A stretch of 64,000 nucleotides of DNA, from positions 64,001-128,000 of the forward strand of contig JBNKOC010000004.1 of NCBI GenBank assembly GCA_050294405.1, written 5' to 3'. Positions 37,601 through 44,514 of the stretch are shown in pieces. This stretch comes from Fibrobacteria bacterium (lineage in GTDB: Bacteria > Fibrobacterota > Fibrobacteria > UBA11236 > JADFYW01). Position 1 is the stretch's first letter. The number at the start of each line of letters is the position of its first letter. The notes below the pieces were generated by a model that did no database searches, was not told the origin of the DNA, and saw only the letters and a list, made by a program, of their open reading frames with translations. The translations under genes were made by a program, and so were the position numbers.

Positions 37601-40298
37601 TTGGGTTGTGGGTTCGCACACTTAAAATTTCAGGTCCTGGGAGCAGCCTGGGAGCTGGATTGGTCAAGTCAAACAACTCAGGCTCAGATGATGCAAAGAC
37701 ATTGCGCTGCAACTGGAACATACTGGAAGAAAGGGTATTGCTAAAAGGAGCGCCATGGGCTACTCCATTCCCGGAAAAGTGATTGCTTGCTACAATAACA
37801 TTTAAACCCGTGGTAACGGATGGGTCCTGAGAAAGGGCAATTGAAACAGAATCCTTATCGATAAATGTGTTATTTAATACCTTTACAAAACCAGGTCCGG
37901 CAAACTTTAAAGCAGCAGTACCGTTAAAAACAACATTGTTGCTAATGGTAAGGCTGTCGGTGGCGCTGGTCCCTGATATTCGTATAATATCACCGGCCAC
38001 TTCATTTTCCGTTTGAAAACGCAAAATATTTGCATCTAATGTTACCTGATTTGCCCCAAGTGTTACAGCAGGAGTAGCTTCATCTATTTTTTCCAGCAGA
38101 AAACCCACCAATTGCGTATTCGGACGGGTAATTGTAATGCCCCGCATAATGGGTCTTAAGTCGGAATTCGATTCTAAATAATTCCGGCTCATAATAATTA
38201 ACTCATCCGCTCCATAACTGTTGTCGATGGTAAGGTTTTCCACATCTTCCGGGTTGGAATCCGCAAAATCCACTACCAGAGTTATGGGGCGGGAAGCTGC
38301 TTCAGACAAGCCATCTGTAATATCACAAAAGGGCTGGTCCTCGGTTCCTAAACCTTTGGCATTTGGCAAACAACTGCTACTTGGGCTAACATAAACCAGT
38401 TCTGAAGTAAGTTCGTTTAATTTTATCCATTCTGTTTCCAATGTATCTGTACCTCTTTCCGAGGATGTGCCAATGGGGTAAGCTTTAAACAACACGGAAT
38501 CCCTTTGGGGCAAATCATCAAAAGTCAATTGGGTTAACCCCGAAACATCATAAGCGGTATCTTTATAAACCGTACTGTCTTCGCCCCTAAAAATAAGCAC
38601 TCCTATAGAGTCTATTTCCTCCACGCCGGCAACAAAAGAAAATTGCACAATACCCAATTGATGCTGGGTGGCATTGGAACTCAAATTCAATTGAAAGTCC
38701 CTAACCGGATAGGCATCCACTCCTGTCACTTCCACAATAGCCACAGAATCCACTACATGGGCAAAGCCATTGGCGTTTTTATGGACCATTTTCACGTATA
38801 CGGGCCCCCCGGTTCTCAAAGAATTAGGAACCTTAATAGATGTTACCGCCTCATTGGGCTGCCCGATTCCAATACCGTCTTTAGAGTAAGCGACACCATT
38901 CCAATAATAACCGTTTCCGATTAAGGTGGCCGTATCGGCCCCAATCATATTTTCAGTGTCGCTTAGGAAATAAAACATTTCCAAACCCAAAGTTTGTTCA
39001 TTGCCATAATAACTGGTGTCATAGCTGATTGCAGACTGGGAAACATTAAAACCATCGCTGGAAAAGCTTAAAGAAGCGATGGGGCTTGGTTTGTATATGG
39101 TCCCATTGGGGTCAAATTCCGGCAAACAACCCACCAGCATATTTCCATCCCAGTTTGGGACGGCGGTGGCCGACTTATCATAGGGAAGAAAGTTGATAAA
39201 AGAAAGTTCGGTACCGGGCAAATCCGAAAGAGGAGGTATAACATCGGTAAAATTCCTATAGACTTCAGATACATAGCCAAAATCGCTGCCGTCAATGGGA
39301 AGGCTTGCGTCTGTATGAAATTGCACCAGGGGATAGTCAGCGTTATCGTAATCCGATAACCCCGGGGGCAACAATACATTATCGGCAGAAGGCACGCCAT
39401 TAGCCTGATTCATGGGCACTCCAGAAGAAGCAAAATAGGCATTGCGGACCACCGAATCCTGAGTATCAGTGTGTTGTGTATTTAAAGGAGGAAATAACCA
39501 ACCATCAACGGCAATCAAATTGTGTTGGATTTTAAAGTTGTCATTATCGGGGCTGGTCAAATCAGAAAGGCTGATTATGTAATTGTCCGCCTCTCCCACA
39601 AAGGTATTTGCCAATATATGTATGCCGTGACTATTGGATTGCACCCCCCCGGAAAGAAATAAATTAGAACGAAGTTCCACTTTACGCCCGCTGTTATTGA
39701 ATACATAAGCATAAGTTCCGGAAATATTTCGAAAGAAATTTCTTTCAATTAACACGCTATCTCCAGCCAAATTAATAGCTCCCCCATCCACCAGATTAAA
39801 AACGCAATTAGTAATAAAAGAGCTATCAGCCTCGCTCTGAAGGTTAATAGCGTAGCCAGAGCCATTTTCCTGCACAAAACCAATGTTATTGATTGTGGTT
39901 TTAGGAGCATTGGAATAAATAATGTTTGCCAAGGGAGAGCCAGAGTTCGCACTTTTCATATAAAGCCGCGTTGTGGGGTCGGCTAAATTCAGAATGCTAA
40001 AGTCCACAGCAATTCTTCCACCCGGATTCAATTTTAATGTGTCGCTGAAATAAACCGTATCCTCCGGCAAATCGTCAAAGGCCAATTCTAAACTAAGGCT
40101 GGCGCAATTAGAAGCGTTGCGGCTGGCAATATAGGCGTTTAAGTTAGTCGGGTTATATGGGTTAAGGGTACTCTGACCTGTACCATTTGCATTTGCCGTA
40201 CTGCTAATATCAACGGTTGTGTCACAAACGGCCTGCCCAAAAACTGGAATCAGATTTAAAAATAAAATAAAGAAAGGAACTAGCCTTAAGAACATCAA
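34638..40298 (-). CDS. Very large secreted protein: two right-handed beta-helix modules and a C-terminal FlgD-Ig/T9SS type-A-like domain
   Basis: Signal peptide. Repeated I..N.F strands. VYV....G.GT...PF..I..G motif. D..G..R....DVGA.E motif. C-terminal NFPNPF...Y.L....L.I.DL.G..LR......WDG....G...PAG.Y. Confidence 0.8.
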   Translation of the reverse strand: MMFLRLVPFFILFLNLIPVFGQAVCDTTVDISSTANANGTGQSTLNPYNPTNLNAYIASRNASNCASLSLELAFDDLPEDTVYFSDTLKLNPGGRIAVDFSILNLADPTTRLYMKSANSGSPLANIIYSNAPKTTINNIGFVQENGSGYAINLQSEADSSFITNCVFNLVDGGAINLAGDSVLIERNFFRNISGTYAYVFNNSGRKVELRSNLFLSGGVQSNSHGIHILANTFVGEADNYIISLSDLTSPDNDNFKIQHNLIAVDGWLFPPLNTQHTDTQDSVVRNAYFASSGVPMNQANGVPSADNVLLPPGLSDYDNADYPLVQFHTDASLPIDGSDFGYVSEVYRNFTDVIPPLSDLPGTELSFINFLPYDKSATAVPNWDGNMLVGCLPEFDPNGTIYKPSPIASLSFSSDGFNVSQSAISYDTSYYGNEQTLGLEMFYFLSDTENMIGADTATLIGNGYYWNGVAYSKDGIGIGQPNEAVTSIKVPNSLRTGGPVYVKMVHKNANGFAHVVDSVAIVEVTGVDAYPVRDFQLNLSSNATQHQLGIVQFSFVAGVEEIDSIGVLIFRGEDSTVYKDTAYDVSGLTQLTFDDLPQRDSVLFKAYPIGTSSERGTDTLETEWIKLNELTSELVYVSPSSSCLPNAKGLGTEDQPFCDITDGLSEAASRPITLVVDFADSNPEDVENLTIDNSYGADELIIMSRNYLESNSDLRPIMRGITITRPNTQLVGFLLEKIDEATPAVTLGANQVTLDANILRFQTENEVAGDIIRISGTSATDSLTISNNVVFNGTAALKFAGPGFVKVLNNTFIDKDSVSIALSQDPSVTTGLNVIVASNHFSGNGVAHGAPFSNTLSSSMFQLQRNVFASSEPELFDLTNPAPRLLPGPEILSVRTHNPTDPSLFISTFVESKLETALSCKLDEECSSLNFGASPSYPVARDLFGRVRKAPNDVGALEDRYDSAWTSGRISVSTIENEADSVTIDFTSLNYDTTTYKYLYIWYSKGELENTIPPISEAINQNQIDVSTLGPGGLGGLQLTLGASGLDSNGNITYTACQAFGTAANGPNAHAGCVEFTTPNVIKEGGCSGAVPGQRCPENLDSWGFTDNLYGTVKTYYTWEKASQNVVANPVSGGSIDAGIKASIPQLQLYDSLPYINADFSYQTTDPTEAENNFFKINFELPSTAVIPSDLQVYRVTTSNRIFYVPSWSVEVNGLVSTVSIHSREQGRFYFTRGAQVATPGGTLSLESLETAIDTGTNLVDINLTGAQFITSNPFIAVAALPAGSMADDIFDPDYFSKFQIFNTSLGSLGSELQGNWTFNYFNAFREALSTGTLASGFGKIPVDFTVDEETFTAAMAVKGLGSVVEATTGDIPSTSLSVNIKNGDNVYAKTRTQRKVTRGLEFMVAVFDAGKVSFSRVVAPVSFGSSTENALQQSSGGEIAGTDEAVFADVVIKQAKTWELFSYPWAEDVDAEDMMLNAIGSTANKWDKYNQKIARWDGSKYVEYDGNSTDGFQLDKGKAIWVAVVDKSKNYFTPRSNGGQTLDHQLQSLSLISGVWNDFGIPYNFPINLGDLRAASGNYAGEIWEYSPEEKSWIQLVSDTTSLFPWKGYTTLPPAPQTLIFPNIDNQRSDNPALSKRRKSAHKYQLAVDVYNSSATQHIFIGQGLNEKTMGKAPLVPGQNFSAYITANMEENKEYSYSVKKFEGNMNSLWPLHIDFQKGSDLVQVKKSNWAGPDSLQSFIWDAKTNKIFSLSENPVLLKKSQIESGEFYLAVGNSEFAESLKSLNAHQFVNFPNPFTSITQFKYSLPPVSNLGQVPYELTIRDLRGKVLRQFKGNLAEGKNELLVSWDGNNSQGKTMPAGSYLVQIQIRMGAESLSANRKVIKIH

Positions 40299-40452
40299 AA
40301 AACCCCTCTGGTGAAGGTTACCCTTGGCATTTTCATAAAAAATTTGGTTATCCCATTAAAATATAATTTTCCCCCATTCAACCTACTGGAAAAACAGGGT
40401 TGGATAAAGTTGAAATTTTTCAAAAACTTCTTATCCTTTGTGCTGATTCTTT

Positions 40453-40524
40453 GGTGCGTTCGTCTAGCGGTTAGGACGCTGGCCTCTCACGCCGGTAACA
40501 GGGGTTCAAGTCCCCTACGCACTG
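40453..40524 (+). tRNA. tRNA-Glu (anticodon CTC); CCA not encoded
   Basis: Acceptor GGTGCGT/ACGCACT, D-arm CGTC/GACG, anticodon arm CTGGC-CT CTC AC-GCCGG, T-arm AGGGG-TTCAAGT-CCCCT, discriminator G. Confidence 0.96.
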
Positions 40525-40581
40525 AATCTGTAAATGGAGCGACCCGATATTTTATGCAAGCAACCCCGGAAAAACCGGAAA

Positions 40582-40842
40582 CTAATTTGTGCCTTTGATT
40601 TCCCAACTTGTTTTTGGACTTTTGTTTTGATTGAGGGGAAAACCCTCCAATAAAGCCACCAAAAGACCTACTATAAATACTAAGAAACCAAATTCCATGG
40701 CTAATGACAAATCTTGTGCCTGAATTAAGCCAAAAAGGACTCCTAAACAGGAAAAAAACGCCAAAACAAGTAAGGGACGCTTAAGCCTGTTTGCCAGAGC
40801 TTTAAGTTTTCCTTTGGCTAAGCTTGCTAAAACCCGCTTCAT
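40582..40842 (-). CDS. Small hypothetical membrane protein (2 TM)
   Basis: Basic N-terminus followed by two hydrophobic helices; start position uncertain. Confidence 0.5.
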   Translation of the reverse strand: MKRVLASLAKGKLKALANRLKRPLLVLAFFSCLGVLFGLIQAQDLSLAMEFGFLVFIVGLLVALLEGFPLNQNKSPKTSWEIKGTN

Positions 40843-40921
40843 CTTAAAAATATTAATTACTGAAGGGGAAGTATCCAAGATGGCAATTAAGCTGAGCTTG
40901 AAAAAAAGTTCTCAAGCTAAT

Positions 40922-41407
40922 TCAATTTTTTTGAGGATGGGCTTTTTTAGCTTCGGCGGCCTCAGCAATTAATTTTACCCATTCCTTATCGGCCTTAGAG
41001 ATCATAGAAGGAAAACTTTTCCAGAGAAAATGGGCCACCAAATTAGAATTTAGGTAAAGCTTGCGGTCGATTATCACCCAATGTTTGGCTAAACCCATTT
41101 GGGCTTTGCCAAGGGCCGTGGTAAAAGCGCAATTTCCCCCGTATTCCGGAGCGTATTTCGCTGGGTTTTCAGCAAACATTGTTTGGTGCTCTTCCGTGGA
41201 AAAACGCCAGGTTAATTCATTCCAATCGTATTCAATGGAATCTAATCCTTTTACCAAACTGGATTCCGTGAAATAGGAAACCACATCATAACCCTGAATA
41301 GCCACTTTGTGTTTTTTTTCAGAGGAAACTTCGATATCCCAACGAAAAAAAAGAATGATCCCCGCCAGAACGGCAACCACCCCAATTGCAAGTAAAATTC
41401 CCTTCAT
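40922..41407 (-). CDS. YHS-domain (seleno)protein family, Cys form
   Basis: AI.GYDVVSYF, W.F.......F...P.KY.P.YGG.CA, I...KLYLN and I.KAD..W. Confidence 0.88.
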   Translation of the reverse strand: MKGILLAIGVVAVLAGIILFFRWDIEVSSEKKHKVAIQGYDVVSYFTESSLVKGLDSIEYDWNELTWRFSTEEHQTMFAENPAKYAPEYGGNCAFTTALGKAQMGLAKHWVIIDRKLYLNSNLVAHFLWKSFPSMISKADKEWVKLIAEAAEAKKAHPQKN

Positions 41408-41471
41408 TACCTATTCCTTTCAGTGGCCTGGAAATATAACCAAATCCTATTTGAAAACGGAATAACAGGGC

Positions 41472-42107
41472 TCATTTTAAAAGTTTTGACTTTAGAAGAC
41501 CTACCCATTCAGGACTTAATTGCTCGAGTTTAAGCGCCTTTTCCAAATTTTGAGGGCTGGAACCATTCAAGCTCCAGTCTACTATTTCTGAAATACTGGG
41601 GTTTTCGGGGTTTTTCTGCAAAATTTCTGCCTTAGCCGGATAAATCTCCCCGGGTTTTAAAACCCGGCAATAAACCCCCACTTTTTTGCTTTGCAAAAAA
41701 GGTTTGATAAACCCCTTTCTGCCTAATTTCATTTCCAGTTTAAAGCAGGGTTTGCGTGGCTGGCCAATTTCCAACTCACAGCTTCCGATTTTTAAAATAT
41801 CCCCGACTCTGAGTTCTGACTCCAGCAGACCTTTCGTGGTTAAGTTTTCACCAAAACTGCCCGGATGCGCATCCAGGTTAAATTCCTTTTTCCAATACTC
41901 AAAGTGCTCAGACGGGTACAAATAAACAGCTTTCAATTTCCCACCGTGATTTTCTAAATCGGCCTGGCAGTCTTCCACAAGACCAAGCTCATTTACCTTT
42001 TGCGGCCCCTCTAAAGGTTTTTTTCCAAAACCGGTGAGCCCCGTTTTGCCCAAATATTCGTAAGGCTCCAGTTTGCTCCCGTTAACAGATAAAATTAAGC
42101 ATTCCAT
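41472..42107 (-). CDS. MOSC domain protein, YiiM-like with 3-alpha tail
   Basis: GL..D.QAD...HGG..KAVY.Y, FGENLT, QPRKPCFKL and G.Y.RVL.PG. Confidence 0.9.
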   Translation of the reverse strand: MECLILSVNGSKLEPYEYLGKTGLTGFGKKPLEGPQKVNELGLVEDCQADLENHGGKLKAVYLYPSEHFEYWKKEFNLDAHPGSFGENLTTKGLLESELRVGDILKIGSCELEIGQPRKPCFKLEMKLGRKGFIKPFLQSKKVGVYCRVLKPGEIYPAKAEILQKNPENPSISEIVDWSLNGSSPQNLEKALKLEQLSPEWVGLLKSKLLK

Positions 42108-42108
42108 G

Positions 42109-42762
42109 TTATGAACCCTGCAATAAAAAAAGAAGTTCTTTTAAATCTTTTAATACATAATTAGCCTTTGAAAAATCAAGACCTCGCGTAAGTCCTGAAG
42201 GAATTACGGCACAACTAAGCCCGGCTCCATGGGCGGCCATTAAACCCCGCTGGGAATCTTCCACCACCAACACTTCCTCAGCTGCGAACCCTGTTTTTTG
42301 CAAGGCCAATTGGTAACATTCCGGATGGGGTTTAGGGTGTATGTATGCCTCGCGAGACAGCACAAAGTCAAAGTGCTTGTAAAACGGATATTTATCCCTG
42401 ATAATTTGAAAGTGCTCTGGAAGCGAGCTGGTCACAATGGCCATTGCGCGGTTTCCACCGACTGTCTCCAAAAGCCCGGACACGCCATCCCTGGCATAAT
42501 CGCCTTTTTTCAAAAATTTCATATATATATCAAAACGCCTGGAAAGAGCCTGTTTTGCTTCTTCAGGAGTGATACCCCTTTCTGTCAGATACATTAAACC
42601 TCCCCTGGCGCTCTTTAAAAAATATTCTGCAAAGTCTTTCTCAGAAATGTCGATTCCTAATTCTCTCATTGCCAGTTGGTTGGCTTTTAAATACAAAGGC
42701 TCTGTATCCACTAAAACGCCATCATTGTCCCAGAGGATAGCTTTTATCCGCTTAAAATCCAT
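42109..42762 (-). CDS. HAD-superfamily phosphatase (beta-PGM/CbbY-like)
   Basis: WDNDGVLVDTE, IVTSS, KPHPECY and VEDS.RGL.AA..AG. Confidence 0.92.
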   Translation of the reverse strand: MDFKRIKAILWDNDGVLVDTEPLYLKANQLAMRELGIDISEKDFAEYFLKSARGGLMYLTERGITPEEAKQALSRRFDIYMKFLKKGDYARDGVSGLLETVGGNRAMAIVTSSLPEHFQIIRDKYPFYKHFDFVLSREAYIHPKPHPECYQLALQKTGFAAEEVLVVEDSQRGLMAAHGAGLSCAVIPSGLTRGLDFSKANYVLKDLKELLFLLQGS

Positions 42763-42834
42763 TGCAAAAATGTAATAATGTTTATGCCGGTTATCAGCTT
42801 TGGCTGCTATGTTTATCTTTCTTTTGGCCAGGGC

Positions 42835-42859
42835 AAAAAAAAATCCTCCAGAAGGAGGA
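42835..42859 (-). terminator. Rho-independent terminator of the SH3-domain gene
   Basis: Minus strand TCCTCC-ttct-GGAGGA followed by a 9-T tract. Confidence 0.75.
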
Positions 42860-42885
42860 CTTAAAAAAAACAGGGCTAAAACAAA

Positions 42886-43338
42886 TCAGTTTTCGTCGTT
42901 GGCTCTTTCCAGAGTTTCCCTATCAATAAATTCATAAATTTCAACATCCCAATTCCGGGTCAGTAACATGCCTTCCATTTCGAGGTTGCCTTCATCTAGA
43001 ATGTAAAGAACCCGGGGGTTATCCAACCAGCCGTTTACTTCAAGTTCTTGCAAATCGTAAAAATCGCCTTTGGACTCAACAACGGAAACCATATCTGAAT
43101 TTAGTACCCAACCCACAGTGCCACCACTGGCTTTAATTTTTGAACGGTTAGATCCTTTCTCAAGCAAAGCAACTTCTTCTCCAGGAGACAAAACCGCCTT
43201 CTTAACTCCATCCACTTGCGCAGAGTAAATAAACACCTCTGCATTTTTAATTTTATATGTTTCTTTGGCAAAAATGGCCGGGCTGCACAGGGCAGCAAGT
43301 AGCAGAAATAAGGCCGCGTTAAAATTGAGCTTGTTCAT
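42886..43338 (-). CDS. Exported SH3-domain protein with an acidic C-terminal extension
   Basis: AGGAG RBS and ATG at 43338. Signal peptide ending IFA. SH3b-like L.PGE.V.LLE......KI....G.VGWV. Confidence 0.8.
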   Translation of the reverse strand: MNKLNFNAALFLLLAALCSPAIFAKETYKIKNAEVFIYSAQVDGVKKAVLSPGEEVALLEKGSNRSKIKASGGTVGWVLNSDMVSVVESKGDFYDLQELEVNGWLDNPRVLYILDEGNLEMEGMLLTRNWDVEIYEFIDRETLERANDEN

Positions 43339-43363
43339 TTTGCTCCTGAGTTGGTTTTCTATA

Positions 43364-43415
43364 ATTATACCAATTTCAAAGGCAAGCGCCATAGACTTCC
43401 ACAATTGGTCCACAA
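43364..43415 (-). promoter_or_regulatory. Extended -10 promoter of the SH3 gene with an upstream direct repeat
   Basis: Minus strand TG-G-TATAAT (43364-43372), weak -35, and TTGTGGA twice at 11-bp spacing (43398-43415). Confidence 0.5.
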
Positions 43416-43563
43416 GATTTTTACATAGCTCCCTCAAAATACTGCCATAAGATATAGTTTTAAGTTGAAAAAAAAATTATGGCCAACACTATTTTTTTTA
43501 ATTAAATTGGAAATGTGCGAAATAAAAAAACCCAAAAAAGTACTGATATTTTTTGAGTTTCTC

Positions 43564-43593
43564 TTGACTTTAGAGTTTTATTAATTGTAAAAT
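43564..43593 (+). promoter_or_regulatory. Orphan sigma-70-type promoter
   Basis: TTGACT-18 nt-TAAAAT, with no annotated plus-strand CDS downstream. Confidence 0.5.
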
Positions 43594-43600
43594 CTAAAAT

Positions 43601-43770
43601 AGTTAAAGTTGTTAGGAATTCTTGACGATAATTTTAACAGAGACAAATTGTCGTCGGCGTAGTCAAAGGAAAGATTAAAAAAAAGAAAACAGATTTTATA
43701 AGTCGAATTTCCCTCAATTAGTGTCCGTTGCGCGAGAATTTACGGCCTAATTACAAAAACGGGCTTTGAA
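43601..43770 (+). ncRNA. Candidate structured ncRNA (rod-like, 6S-RNA-like size)
   Basis: Nested complementary blocks TTAGG/CCTAA, AATTCTTG/CGAGAATT, GACA..AATTG/CAATT..TGTC and TCGGC/GTCGA, starting just after the orphan promoter. Confidence 0.35.
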
Positions 43771-43786
43771 TTACTCAAAGCCCGTT
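43754..43786 (-). terminator. Terminator hairpin overlapping the cbrC-like stop codon, possibly bidirectional
   Basis: AACGGGCTTTGA-attac-TCAAAGCCCGTT perfect 12-bp stem; T-run on the minus strand. Confidence 0.75.
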
Positions 43787-44343
43787 CCTCTTTCCTCCCA
43801 ATCCGCATACACAGCCTGAGATTTGCAATGTCTGCAAGAAAACAAATAAGCTGAGGGACTGCTTTGCTTAGATAGCTGTTTTTTAAAATCCTTCAAATTT
43901 TCTATCAGATTGTCCTTAGCCCAACGGCTAAACCTGGCCTTGGTAGCCTTGTCCAGCTTTTGGTATTCCTCATACCCCACAATCCCCATAAACTCAGCCC
44001 CATCCTGACAGTGAACCCACCATTTAGAGGGGGACCAGCCATAAAAGCCAGGGGTCCGTGTGCAAATTTCTTCTATTATGGCCTTTTTAAGGGGCTTTGA
44101 ATTGGAAAAACTCCCCACATCTTCCGGCAAATTAAAATAGGCATCAAATTTTTTATGAGCCCAACCATTTTGAATACACCAGGGGCAAATTTTATCCGTA
44201 ATGTCTTCCTCTGCATAAACAGGGCCACTGTAAATAAAGCCTTTAGCTTGCTTACAGCATAGGCAAATTGTCTCTGAAGCTTCCACTACCCCAGCTTCCA
44301 CCGGATTAGGGAAATAATTAAAATGAGGCAAGATAGGTTCCAT
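43771..44343 (-). CDS. CbrC (UPF0167) family protein
   Basis: F.Y.P.P...G, C.CC....G..Y.GPVY, CPWCI..G.A..KF, RTPG, W..HC.D and YLF.C.HC. Confidence 0.88.
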   Translation of the reverse strand: MEPILPHFNYFPNPVEAGVVEASETICLCCKQAKGFIYSGPVYAEEDITDKICPWCIQNGWAHKKFDAYFNLPEDVGSFSNSKPLKKAIIEEICTRTPGFYGWSPSKWWVHCQDGAEFMGIVGYEEYQKLDKATKARFSRWAKDNLIENLKDFKKQLSKQSSPSAYLFSCRHCKSQAVYADWEERGTGFE

Positions 44344-44514
44344 TTTTTTCCTAAAAAAGCCTACAGCAAAGCTTTGTTTTGGAATATTAAAAAAACCAAC
44401 TTAAAATGGCGATATCCTGCGATTTTCCTAAGATATTATTATCTTAAAGGCTCCTTATGGAAATTCCTTCATACGAAACAAATCTGAAATTTATTCCAAA
44501 TTCAAATCTTAAAT

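Noticed and set aside
40311..40598. 95-aa ORF on the plus strand
   Set aside because: It spans the tRNA-Glu gene and is a spurious translation.
40922..41407. Selenocysteine recoding in the YHS-family protein
   Set aside because: The GGxCA position is a Cys codon and there is no in-frame TGA.
43396..43415. DnaA boxes / oriC in the 43340-43770 gap
   Set aside because: Only two TCCACA cores with 2-3 mismatches to TTATCCACA, and no replication genes nearby.
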